Assembly: GCF_000196355.1 (NCBI RefSeq)
Contig: NC_007614.1
Location: 390,001 to 422,000, forward strand
DNA from: Nitrosospira multiformis ATCC 25196
Lineage (GTDB): Bacteria; Pseudomonadota; Gammaproteobacteria; Burkholderiales; Nitrosomonadaceae
Reading direction: 5' to 3'
Length of the DNA stretch: 32,000 bases
A model generated the notes under the pieces. The model did no database searches. It was not told the DNA's origin and saw nothing but the letters and a program-made list of their open reading frames with translations. Position numbers and translations under genes: made by a program. Shown here one piece after another: positions 9,083-17,377 of this stretch (position 1 is the stretch's first letter; the number at the start of each line of letters is the position of its first letter).

Positions 9083-10795
9083 ATGACGAAAGTAGCGCCG
9101 ATGAGTTACGGAATTAGGGGCGTATATCTGATAAGCCTAAAGGCACTGCTTGTTGTAAGGTCGATCAGCTTTGCAGGGGAGGCGCAGGTTCAGCTTCCGG
9201 ATGCTGCAAAACCGGTACCTGTTATCTACGACGCGAATGAGGACCGTACAACACCTGCCGAGCCTTTGATGCTCACTTTGTCTTTAGCGATGGGAACGTC
9301 CCCCGCTCGTCCGGTACGGGAGCCGGATGATAGAGCGGGCGCTGTGGTTTCGCAGGGGGAGAATGTGGAGAGAAGGCTGGGTGAGGAGAAGCCTTTGCTA
9401 TTGTCCGTATCACCTTCTCTTTCTTTTATTTCGGCTCCTGCAGCAAAAGATCATGAGATAAATCTGAGCAGAGAACCTGCCCCTGTCATTGCTGCCGGGA
9501 ACGATGCGGAGAGCGAGTTCACGTCGCGGGAAGCATTATTTGGCGACGATTTGGGTCAAGAGCAAAAGCCATCAAAACCTATGCCTGCCTGGAAGAGGTT
9601 GGTGACTGGGTGGAGGGGTTTTTCCCAGCTGGAAATCGCGGACACTTATACTGACCCCGAGCATTTATCGAAAGCAAAGCTTCGAACGGAGCTATCGCGC
9701 ACGGGACAGTTCAACGAAAACATAAAATGGAAAATAAGCGGTCGCTTCGACTATGACGCAGCTTATGACCTGTCCAGTTTTTATCCACACGCGGTCCGTC
9801 AGGATCAACGCTACCAGTTTTTCGTCCGAGAAAATTATCTTGATGTCTCGGCTGGCGATTTTGATTTCCGTCTCGGTCGTCAGCATGTGATATGGGGCGA
9901 GATGGTGGGACTGTTCTTTGCGGACGTGGTATCCGCGAAGGACTTGCGGGAATTTGTCCTGCCTGCCTTTGACATATTGCGCATTCCCCAATGGGCGGCG
10001 CGCGCGGAATATTCGAAGGGGGATTCCCATGCTGAAGTGGTGTGGATTCCTGTGCCGACTCTTGACGAAATTGGAAAGCCGGGAGCGGATTTCTATCCCG
10101 GTCCCTTGCGCGGAGTAGCTACCTATCTTCCAGAAGATCGCTCCGGGCGGAATATCGCGAACTCCAACTATGGGGTGCGTTTATCGCACCTTGTAAATGG
10201 CTGGGATATTTCGGGTTTCTACTACCACAGCCTGGATTCGTCGCCTACGTTCTATCGCATCGGTGGCCCGCTTGACCCTCCTGTCTTCCAGCCCCGTCAT
10301 GATGAGATTGACCAGGTGGGTGGAACCCTTTCGAAAGACTTCGGCTCAATCGTTTTAAAAGGCGAACTGATTTATACAGATGGACGCAAATTCAACGTCA
10401 CGCGACCCACCGCAATGAATGGGTTGGTCAGGCAGAATACGCTCGACTATGTTATAGGCCTGGATTTCAGTTTGCCTGCCGAAACCCGCTTGAATCTGCA
10501 GTTCTTTCAGCGTGTCTTTTTTACGCATGACCCGGATCTCCCTCTGGACCGGCTTGAGAATGGCGCCAGCATTCTGCTCAATGGCAAGCTCTCCCCCAAG
10601 ATTGAGGCTCAAGCTTTACTGATCCACAGTCTGAATCGTAGCGACTGGATGTTCCGGCCTCGATTATCCTGGAATTTCCAACCGAACTGGCGTTGGGCGG
10701 TTGGAGCAGACGTATTTGGCGGTCCACCTATTGGTCTGTTTGGCCGTTTCGATCATGCCGACCGCGTCTATACCGAATTGCGGTATTCATTCTGA
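9083..10795 (+). CDS. DUF1302-like outer-membrane beta-barrel protein
   Basis: N-terminal hydrophobic signal-like segment; FDFRLGRQHVIWGEMVGLFFADVVSAKDLREFVLPAFDILRIPQWAARAEY; repeated amphipathic strands; C-terminal aromatic TELRYSF typical of outer-membrane proteins. Confidence 0.75.
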   Translation: MTKVAPMSYGIRGVYLISLKALLVVRSISFAGEAQVQLPDAAKPVPVIYDANEDRTTPAEPLMLTLSLAMGTSPARPVREPDDRAGAVVSQGENVERRLGEEKPLLLSVSPSLSFISAPAAKDHEINLSREPAPVIAAGNDAESEFTSREALFGDDLGQEQKPSKPMPAWKRLVTGWRGFSQLEIADTYTDPEHLSKAKLRTELSRTGQFNENIKWKISGRFDYDAAYDLSSFYPHAVRQDQRYQFFVRENYLDVSAGDFDFRLGRQHVIWGEMVGLFFADVVSAKDLREFVLPAFDILRIPQWAARAEYSKGDSHAEVVWIPVPTLDEIGKPGADFYPGPLRGVATYLPEDRSGRNIANSNYGVRLSHLVNGWDISGFYYHSLDSSPTFYRIGGPLDPPVFQPRHDEIDQVGGTLSKDFGSIVLKGELIYTDGRKFNVTRPTAMNGLVRQNTLDYVIGLDFSLPAETRLNLQFFQRVFFTHDPDLPLDRLENGASILLNGKLSPKIEAQALLIHSLNRSDWMFRPRLSWNFQPNWRWAVGADVFGGPPIGLFGRFDHADRVYTELRYSF

Positions 10796-10826
10796 TTGAT
10801 TTCAGAAGCAAGTACTTTATATACCT

Positions 10827-12038
10827 TTATATATTCTGTCGTAGCGCATCAACAACGGGGGTGCGCGAGATATGCCTCCCGGGAACGATAGCCGCCGATA
10901 CTGTTGCTGCTATACCGATGGCAAAGGATGCCAGCAAAACGCCGGGGACAATCTGGATGTGGGCTGTATAGCCAAGGTTGGAATTTGGAGGCGGCGGCAT
11001 CGAGATACCGATCGCAGAGATAATAAGCGCGAGGCCAATTCCGAGTCCGAGCCCGAGGCCGCTGCCGATCACTCCCAGTAGGAAGTTTTCCGTGATGATC
11101 AATTGGAATACTTCGTTTCTGCGGTTGCCCAGGGCCATCATTGTGCCGAATTCTCCTGTTCTTTCAAAAGCACTCATGTTGACACTGTTCAGGACCCCGA
11201 GCAGAACCATGATAAGGATAATCAGTTGCAGAAAACCTAGCTGGCGTCCATAAAGTTCTACCGTTTTTTCGTAGAAATCGTTGAGTTCGATCCACGTTTT
11301 GATCTCCAGCCCCAAAGTCTCTAACTGTTCTTTTAGCAGCCCTGCAATACGAAATGTATCGTCCGTTTTTTTCAGTGAGATGACCAGTGCATTAACGCCT
11401 TGCGTGCCCAGCAACTCCTGGGACGCGGCGAGCGGAATTCTTATTGCTCTAGCATCATAATCACTGGAGAAACTCTTGAATACGCCGACGACCTCCAGAT
11501 CAATGGTGTTTAATGCTCCTTCCAGTGTATTTGCCAGCAGGGTTACGTGATCGCCGGGTTTCAGCTTCAATTCCTGGGCGACGCCCACCCCGATAGCGAT
11601 ACCGAACTTATCCGTGTTTTGCAGTTGACGCCCCGAGATGATCGAGACGGAGCTTCCAAGCGCCGCTTCTTTCGCTGGTTCTACACCCTCTCCAATGATG
11701 GGAAGGTCAGCCCGGCCGTTATTGAGCAGGGCCGAGAAATTGAGTCGCGCCATTACGCTATCGATACCCTCGTTATTCATGATACGCCGTTTAATGGCCT
11801 CGTCATCCGTTATCAGATATCTCTCCGGGGCGTGCGCTCCGGCAGCAAAAAAACCTTCCTTGTAGACTTGCAGATGACCGGATCGAGAGTGGATAAGAGC
11901 CTCCGATAAAGTAACGAAAATATCGTTCACCCAGCCGCCAGCAAGAACAAGAGCTACCACGCCGCTCACGATCGCCGCCAGAGTCATTGCGGTGTGTGAT
12001 TTCTGTCGAAAAATATTTCGAAAGGCCAGTCTGAGCAT
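10827..12038 (-). CDS. ABC transporter permease, FtsX/LolE/MacB-like
   Basis: LAFRNIFRQKSHTAMTLAAIVSGVVALVLAGG; MSAFERTGEFGTMMALGNRRNEVFQLIITENFLLGVIGSGLGL; terminal VVDALRQNI. Confidence 0.88.
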   Translation of the reverse strand: MLRLAFRNIFRQKSHTAMTLAAIVSGVVALVLAGGWVNDIFVTLSEALIHSRSGHLQVYKEGFFAAGAHAPERYLITDDEAIKRRIMNNEGIDSVMARLNFSALLNNGRADLPIIGEGVEPAKEAALGSSVSIISGRQLQNTDKFGIAIGVGVAQELKLKPGDHVTLLANTLEGALNTIDLEVVGVFKSFSSDYDARAIRIPLAASQELLGTQGVNALVISLKKTDDTFRIAGLLKEQLETLGLEIKTWIELNDFYEKTVELYGRQLGFLQLIILIMVLLGVLNSVNMSAFERTGEFGTMMALGNRRNEVFQLIITENFLLGVIGSGLGLGLGIGLALIISAIGISMPPPPNSNLGYTAHIQIVPGVLLASFAIGIAATVSAAIVPGRHISRTPVVDALRQNI

Positions 12039-12054
12039 TATTCACTTTTCCGAA

Positions 12055-13284
12055 TTATCTATTGTGACGTAGCGCATCCACTATCTGCATGCGGGATGCC
12101 TTCCAGGCTGGGTATATACTGGCAGTGAGCGTTGCGCCGATCGCAAGCAAAAGGGATTCGAATGCAATATTCCACGTGACAAGTATTTCGCCCGTATAGC
12201 CACGGGTCGTCCCTGGGGGGGGCGGCATCGGGATCCCTATGCTCGATATCATGGCAGCCAGCGCTACCCCTATCGTAACCCCGAGCAGGCCGCCGAAACC
12301 GCCGAGCAGAATGCCTTCGCTTAGGAAGCGTCGGAGAACGTCGATGCGTCTGGCGCCAAGCGCCATATCAGTACCAATTTCCCCGATCCGCTCCATTACC
12401 GACATCGTCATGGCATTCAAAATGGCAAGAAGGATGATGAAGGCGATTATCAGCTTGAGGCCATGGATTTGTTTTGTAAACAAAGCCACGGTCTTATTGT
12501 AGAAATCAGCCAGGACATACCAGGGAACCACCTCGAAATCGCTCTTTTGCAATGAATCGCGTAATCTTTGGAGTACAGTATCGGTCTTCGCTGTGTCATT
12601 CAACAACACTACCCATACGTGAGAACCTTTGACCCGGAGGAGTTGGCGGGCTGTTTCGATCGGCATGCGTAGGGCGATATCGTCGTAAGACTTGTTTACA
12701 GTGGAGAACAATCCCCGGACAGTGACCTCAACCGCATTGACGCCCCTTGATGCGGTACTCGCCAATAGCACAACCTTATCGCCAATGTTTACGTTGAGGT
12801 TGCGGCCAAGACCCACACCTAGAATAATGCCCTTCGGGGCATCTACTGAAAGATTTTCACCCGCAGAAATTTCCACCGAGCCGCTGAGAATGGCCTTTTC
12901 CTCTGGGATGACTCCTTCTCCAACAAATGAAAGAGTTGCGTCTCCGTGACTGATCAGACCGCCAAAGGAGAGGCGGGGGATGATGGTCTTGATTTGAGCT
13001 GGACCGTTTGCCGGTTCCAGTTCAGGAATTGCATCCGGTAAAAGATAAGCGTATGGATCAGCTTTTCCTGCTTCCTGATAGCCCGGTCTGCTGATCTGGA
13101 TATGGCCGAGTTGCGACTGGATGGTGGCTTCCTGCATGCCCCAGAATATCCACTCGATAAAGCCCGCTGCAAGGATCAGGGCGATAATGCCAAACGTAAC
13201 CGCGCCCACAGCGATGGCGCTGCGACGCTTGTGCCGCACCATATTTCGAAATGCAAGCAAAAAGTCGAGCCGAATACGATCCAC
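12055..13284 (-). CDS. ABC transporter permease, FtsX/LolC/MacB-like (GTG start)
   Basis: LAFRNMVRHKRRSAIAVGAVTFGIIALILAAGF; MSVMERIGEIGTDMALGARRIDVLRRFLSEGILLGGFGGLLGV; paralogous to the 10827..12038 permease. Confidence 0.88.
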   Translation of the reverse strand: MDRIRLDFLLAFRNMVRHKRRSAIAVGAVTFGIIALILAAGFIEWIFWGMQEATIQSQLGHIQISRPGYQEAGKADPYAYLLPDAIPELEPANGPAQIKTIIPRLSFGGLISHGDATLSFVGEGVIPEEKAILSGSVEISAGENLSVDAPKGIILGVGLGRNLNVNIGDKVVLLASTASRGVNAVEVTVRGLFSTVNKSYDDIALRMPIETARQLLRVKGSHVWVVLLNDTAKTDTVLQRLRDSLQKSDFEVVPWYVLADFYNKTVALFTKQIHGLKLIIAFIILLAILNAMTMSVMERIGEIGTDMALGARRIDVLRRFLSEGILLGGFGGLLGVTIGVALAAMISSIGIPMPPPPGTTRGYTGEILVTWNIAFESLLLAIGATLTASIYPAWKASRMQIVDALRHNR

Positions 13285-13338
13285 CCTCTATATCCTTCTG
13301 CTCAGTGCGCGCTGCCACATCGCGCTATCGCCCGGGAG

Positions 13339-13370
13339 AACAGGGGAACGAGTTAACAGGGAAACGAGTT
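13339..13370. repeat. Two abutting 16-bp direct repeats, one mismatch
   Basis: AACAGGGGAACGAGTT immediately followed by AACAGGGAAACGAGTT in the divergent intergenic region between the permease and glycosyltransferase genes. Confidence 0.6.
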
Positions 13371-13630
13371 CTCTGCTTGCGCCTGGCAGCAGCGCACGAA
13401 CTGTAACGATAGGATCGGAATTGATCATTGTCGCTCAAGCCTTATCCAGGATAGACCGTTAATGCCGGATCGAGATAATCCCTGCGCTGCAGGATTATGC
13501 TGAGAAAAATTCCATTGAGGCGACTTCCAATCTTACCCCAGGCGGAAGGTACGATGCACATCGATACGCCCCTGATTTCAGGATGGAAGTATGATACGAA
13601 ATAATTCTCAACGTAAAAGGTATTATTACC

Positions 13631-14857
13631 GTGACGAAGCCGCAAATGGAAACCGGAAATAAGCCGATTATTCTTCTAGTGGCTGAAGCAGTCACCCTTG
13701 CGCATTTCGGTCGAATCGTGACGTTGGCGAGAGCCCTTGATTCTAACAAGTATGAAGTGGTTGTCGCCTCGGATCCCCGTTATCTTGATTTAGACGCGCC
13801 ACTGAACTGCACGTTCCATCCTATTCGGTCTATTCCCTCAGCCGAATTTGCGCTAGCCCTTGCTCGGGGAAAACCAGTGTATAGCCTTGAAACCCTCTCC
13901 CGTTATATCGAAGATGATCTGGCGCTGCTTGATCTCGTCAGACCTGCTCTCGTCGTGGGAGATTTCAGACTATCTCTGGCCGTGAGCGCGCCGCTACGGA
14001 AAATTCCATTTGCCACCGTAGTCAACGCCTACTGGAGCCCCTATGCAGTGACCCGCTACCCTGTTCCCGATCTTCCGGTGACCCGCATTCTCGGTATCAC
14101 ACTTGCGCAAAAATTATTCGATATTATCAGACCCGTTGCCTTCGCCCTCCATGCCAGGCCCTTGAACCGGTTGCGTCGACGTTTCGGATTGACCCCTTTG
14201 AAGCAGGATATCAGAAACACATACACGTGGGCGGATTACACTTTATACGCGGACATCCCGGAAGTAGTGCCTGCGCTTAATTTACCTCCCCACCATCGCT
14301 ATCTTGGTCCAATACTCTGGTCCGCCGCCATCTCTCTGCCTGCATGGTGGGACTGCTTACCCGAAGACAAACCGGTGGTATTTCTAAGCCTGGGGAGCTC
14401 GGGCATGGCAGCACTTCTGCCAATGGCTCTTGCCGCCTTATCACAACTTGCGATCACAGTTGTCGTAGCCACTGCAAGAAAAATTACCATAGATGAGGTT
14501 CCAGCGAATGCATATGTTACTGATTACCTGCCATTGGACCGGGTTGCTTCACGCTTGAAAATAGTGATCAGCAACGGCGGCAGCCTGACTACGTATCAGG
14601 CGCTTTCAAGCGGAGTGCCGGTGATCGGCCTGTGTTCGAACCTGGATCAACTGCTGAATATGAATGCAGTGCAGCAGTTGGGGGCCGCTATTACCTTGCA
14701 TTGCGCTCGGATATCCGTCACTGACCTTGTGATGGCTGTAACCGCAATGCTGGATAATCCATCGTATGGACGAGCAGCAATCAAGATAAGCCAGATCTTG
14801 GCAGAATCGGATGCTAAACAGCGTTTTCGGGAATTTGTGGTGCAGGTACTTCATTAA
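13631..14857 (+). CDS. Glycosyltransferase, GT1/UDP-glucuronosyltransferase-like
   Basis: N-terminal LAHFGRIVTLARALDSNKYEVVVASDPRY; C-terminal VVFLSLGSSGMAALLPMALAAL and ISNGGSLTTYQALSSGVPVIGLCSNLDQLLNMNAVQQLGA; start GTG 13631 or ATG 13646. Confidence 0.82.
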   Translation: MTKPQMETGNKPIILLVAEAVTLAHFGRIVTLARALDSNKYEVVVASDPRYLDLDAPLNCTFHPIRSIPSAEFALALARGKPVYSLETLSRYIEDDLALLDLVRPALVVGDFRLSLAVSAPLRKIPFATVVNAYWSPYAVTRYPVPDLPVTRILGITLAQKLFDIIRPVAFALHARPLNRLRRRFGLTPLKQDIRNTYTWADYTLYADIPEVVPALNLPPHHRYLGPILWSAAISLPAWWDCLPEDKPVVFLSLGSSGMAALLPMALAALSQLAITVVVATARKITIDEVPANAYVTDYLPLDRVASRLKIVISNGGSLTTYQALSSGVPVIGLCSNLDQLLNMNAVQQLGAAITLHCARISVTDLVMAVTAMLDNPSYGRAAIKISQILAESDAKQRFREFVVQVLH

Positions 14858-14912
14858 AAAAAGAAGGTGTAAAAACTTGCTGGATAATTGGCGGCGATAA
14901 GGAGACAACTGG

Positions 14913-15725
14913 ATGGATCATCAATACACAACACTTGAGAGAAATCGATATTTCGAGGTGCTTGGCGGTTTGAACGTGGAAAATCGCGGCGACAATAAAG
15001 TTGCGATGCTCTCGGAACTTGATATGACATCGGCGCAGGCATTGCGGACTTCCGTCGACCGGCAGACCGGCATCAAACCCTCGTACACTGCGATTGTAGC
15101 CAAGGCAGTTTCAATAGCCTTGCGAGAGCATCCATATGCTAACCGAATGGCAGTGGAACGTTTGTTCTGGAAGCGCATCCTGCAATTGCATGACGTGCAT
15201 ATGACAATTGCGGTAGAACGTGACCGGCCGGGTATCGAACAGGCCGTGTTCGCAGGTACGATCAGGGATACTGACAAGCTGGATGTAGCTGCCATCACCA
15301 AAGAGTTGCAAAGCTTGGCGCAGTCAACAGAAGAAACCAACGAACGCTGGCGACTGCTCAAGCGTATGGTTGAGACCCTTCCGCCCGCTTTGGCTCGCCG
15401 GTTAATATCGATTCCGCGTTGGCTTCCAGATCAGTGGATCAAGCATCGAGGCGGCTCAGTCATGATTTCATCGCCCGCCAAATATGGGGTGGATATGATG
15501 GTTGCGAACTGGCCATGGCCGATCGGCTATTCTTTCGGCTTGGTGAAAGACCGGGTGATCGCGGTGGAGGGTGCGGCGCAGGTAAGACCCACCATGGTTC
15601 TCACCATGAGTTTCGATCGTCGGCTAATGGGGGGAGCACCGGCTGCCCGGTTTTTTCGCACAGTATGCGAACATATAGAGCATGCGGAACGGGATATGGC
15701 TTTACCTGTGAACATCCCTTCATAG
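14913..15725 (+). CDS. Stand-alone 2-oxoacid dehydrogenase acyltransferase (E2/CAT-fold) domain protein without lipoyl domain; catalytic motif altered
   Basis: KPSYTAIVAKAVSIALREHPYANRM, GSVMISSPAKYGVDMMVANWPWPIGYSFGLV, VLTMSFDRRLMGGAPAARFF aligns to AceF SYDHRVIDGATAARF; strong SD AAGGAG; 55 nt after glycosyltransferase gene. Confidence 0.78.
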   Translation: MDHQYTTLERNRYFEVLGGLNVENRGDNKVAMLSELDMTSAQALRTSVDRQTGIKPSYTAIVAKAVSIALREHPYANRMAVERLFWKRILQLHDVHMTIAVERDRPGIEQAVFAGTIRDTDKLDVAAITKELQSLAQSTEETNERWRLLKRMVETLPPALARRLISIPRWLPDQWIKHRGGSVMISSPAKYGVDMMVANWPWPIGYSFGLVKDRVIAVEGAAQVRPTMVLTMSFDRRLMGGAPAARFFRTVCEHIEHAERDMALPVNIPS

Positions 15726-15814
15726 CAGCTTCGCTCCAAGGTTGGATCTGGCAACCCGCGAAGCGAATAACGTGCTGCATGAGACAGGAGTTCAATATCT
15801 CCAGCACGACAATG

Positions 15815-15839
15815 AAAAGGCCACCCCGACAGGGTGGCC
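15815..15839 (-). terminator. Rho-independent terminator of the PEP-CTERM gene
   Basis: On the minus strand: GGCCACCC-TGTCG-GGGTGGCC followed by TTTT, 31 nt after the stop of the 15870..16709 CDS. Confidence 0.75.
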
Positions 15840-15869
15840 CGAAGAGTGAATGCGATAACCGCTGTTTAC

Positions 15870-16709
15870 TCAGGTGCGACGACGGCCCGTGAAGGCAAAA
15901 CCAAGCAGACCGATACCCATCAGAGCTAAAATGCCGGGCTCCGGCACTTCTCCGTGAGTAAAACCTTGTGATCCATCGGTTTGGATTACAAAACTCGATG
16001 CAGTGTCAGCCCCGGTGGCAACTCCGTCAAATGCTGCCGGCCGCGTATAGGATGGCGCACTCTGGCCGGGGAACTGAAGCGAGGCTTGAAACTGAGTGCC
16101 TGCCAACGCCGGATTCACATACGTGTTATTAGTGAAGGTGACCGTTCCGAACAGAAAACCGCCGCCCGTGCCGAGTACGGCCGGCCCGGGAATCGCACCG
16201 GTTGCAGAGAAGGTGCTGAAACCGCTATCCCATGTTCCACTCAGTATGTTCACCCCGTCGAGAAAGCCCGTCCCGGTGGACTGGTTCGCATCAGGACTGG
16301 AATCAAGGAAAATCCGCCATGATCCGCTGTTCGTGGTGATATCGATGCTGGAGCACCCATCGTTCGCGCAAGTCGCGGTCTGTGTAAGCGTCTGAAAGGT
16401 GGTTACTTCGTACGTTCCATTTTGGGAGCCAGGAGCCGCCACAAATAGATTATTCGTCGGGGAAGTGGTGTTGATGACACCTGCAAAGGCTTGATACGTC
16501 AAGGTGAAGGTATCGCTATCACCTTGCATGTTGGCACCGGTCAGGTCAAACCCCTGAACCCAGCCGCCACCATTTGAATGCCAGTCGAAGCCTGTAAAAT
16601 TTTGCAGTACTCCATCTGCGCTGAATGTGTCCAGGGTTGCGGAATATCCAATGGCGGGACCACCCAGCAATACTGCAGCCATTGATAAATTGATGAGCTT
16701 TTTATTCAC
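15870..16709 (-). CDS. PEP-CTERM sorting domain-containing secreted protein
   Basis: N-terminal signal MNKKLINLSMAAVLLGGPAIGYSA; C-terminal EVPEPGILALMGIGLLGFAFTGRRRT (PEP motif, TM segment, Arg cluster); GTG start with GGGGAG SD. Confidence 0.93.
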   Translation of the reverse strand: MNKKLINLSMAAVLLGGPAIGYSATLDTFSADGVLQNFTGFDWHSNGGGWVQGFDLTGANMQGDSDTFTLTYQAFAGVINTTSPTNNLFVAAPGSQNGTYEVTTFQTLTQTATCANDGCSSIDITTNSGSWRIFLDSSPDANQSTGTGFLDGVNILSGTWDSGFSTFSATGAIPGPAVLGTGGGFLFGTVTFTNNTYVNPALAGTQFQASLQFPGQSAPSYTRPAAFDGVATGADTASSFVIQTDGSQGFTHGEVPEPGILALMGIGLLGFAFTGRRRT

Positions 16710-16765
16710 GATTCTCTCCCCATAGCAATAACGATAAAAGAAGCTGTTTGTTTCAGGTTATACCC

Positions 16766-16782
16766 AAGCAATCCCTATGCCA
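16766..16782 (-). promoter_or_regulatory. Sigma-54 (-24/-12) promoter upstream of PEP-CTERM gene
   Basis: Minus strand ATGGCATAGGGATTGCTT contains TGGCA-N6-TTGC with exact GG-N10-GC spacing; about 60 nt upstream of the start codon. Confidence 0.82.
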
Positions 16783-17377
16783 TCTTTTATATTATTTTAT
16801 TTAAGTTTTAATATCAGTTACTTATCAATCCTCGACTCTCTTGCATCCAGATTGAAGTCTCAAGGTGTAAGAAATATCGACAGCGCTCCTGCTTTTGTGC
16901 TTCTTCCAAAGCATTTTCGATACCTTTGTGAGGGCTTTTTCAGGAGTCGTGGTTGCTGGATATCCTGGTGCCAATCCCGTTGTGGGGCGATATAGAGTAT
17001 AGCCAATTACAGGGAGGGAATCATGGGACGAGTATTACGAGTATCATATGGCTGTTGCCCGTGAGGTCATAACATTTCCCGGCTTCCCGGATTAGAAGGG
17101 CAAGATTCCAAGAAAACTCAAGCAATGCCATCCGACCGGTCTTTCTCCGCCTGAAACACTTGCGGAGCAGGCCATTCGCGCCAGAAACAGCCAGCATTCC
17201 TTGCTGTAATCGAGATAAGACGGACCACTCTCGGGCTCGGGGATTCAAAATCCCCGGGGACTGCATCCTGAATCGACAGTCAGCAAATAGCCACCAGATT
17301 CCTCATTGTTCCAGACTTCGGAAGGAGACAAGTATTCCCCCAGACTTGCCAATGAATGAAGCGGGCGAACGGGCATA

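Noticed and set aside
13556-13569. Possible sigma-54-like GG-N10-GC upstream of the glycosyltransferase (CGGAAGGTACGATGCA)
   Set aside because: Only the bare GG and GC dinucleotides match; TGGCA and TTGC are absent.
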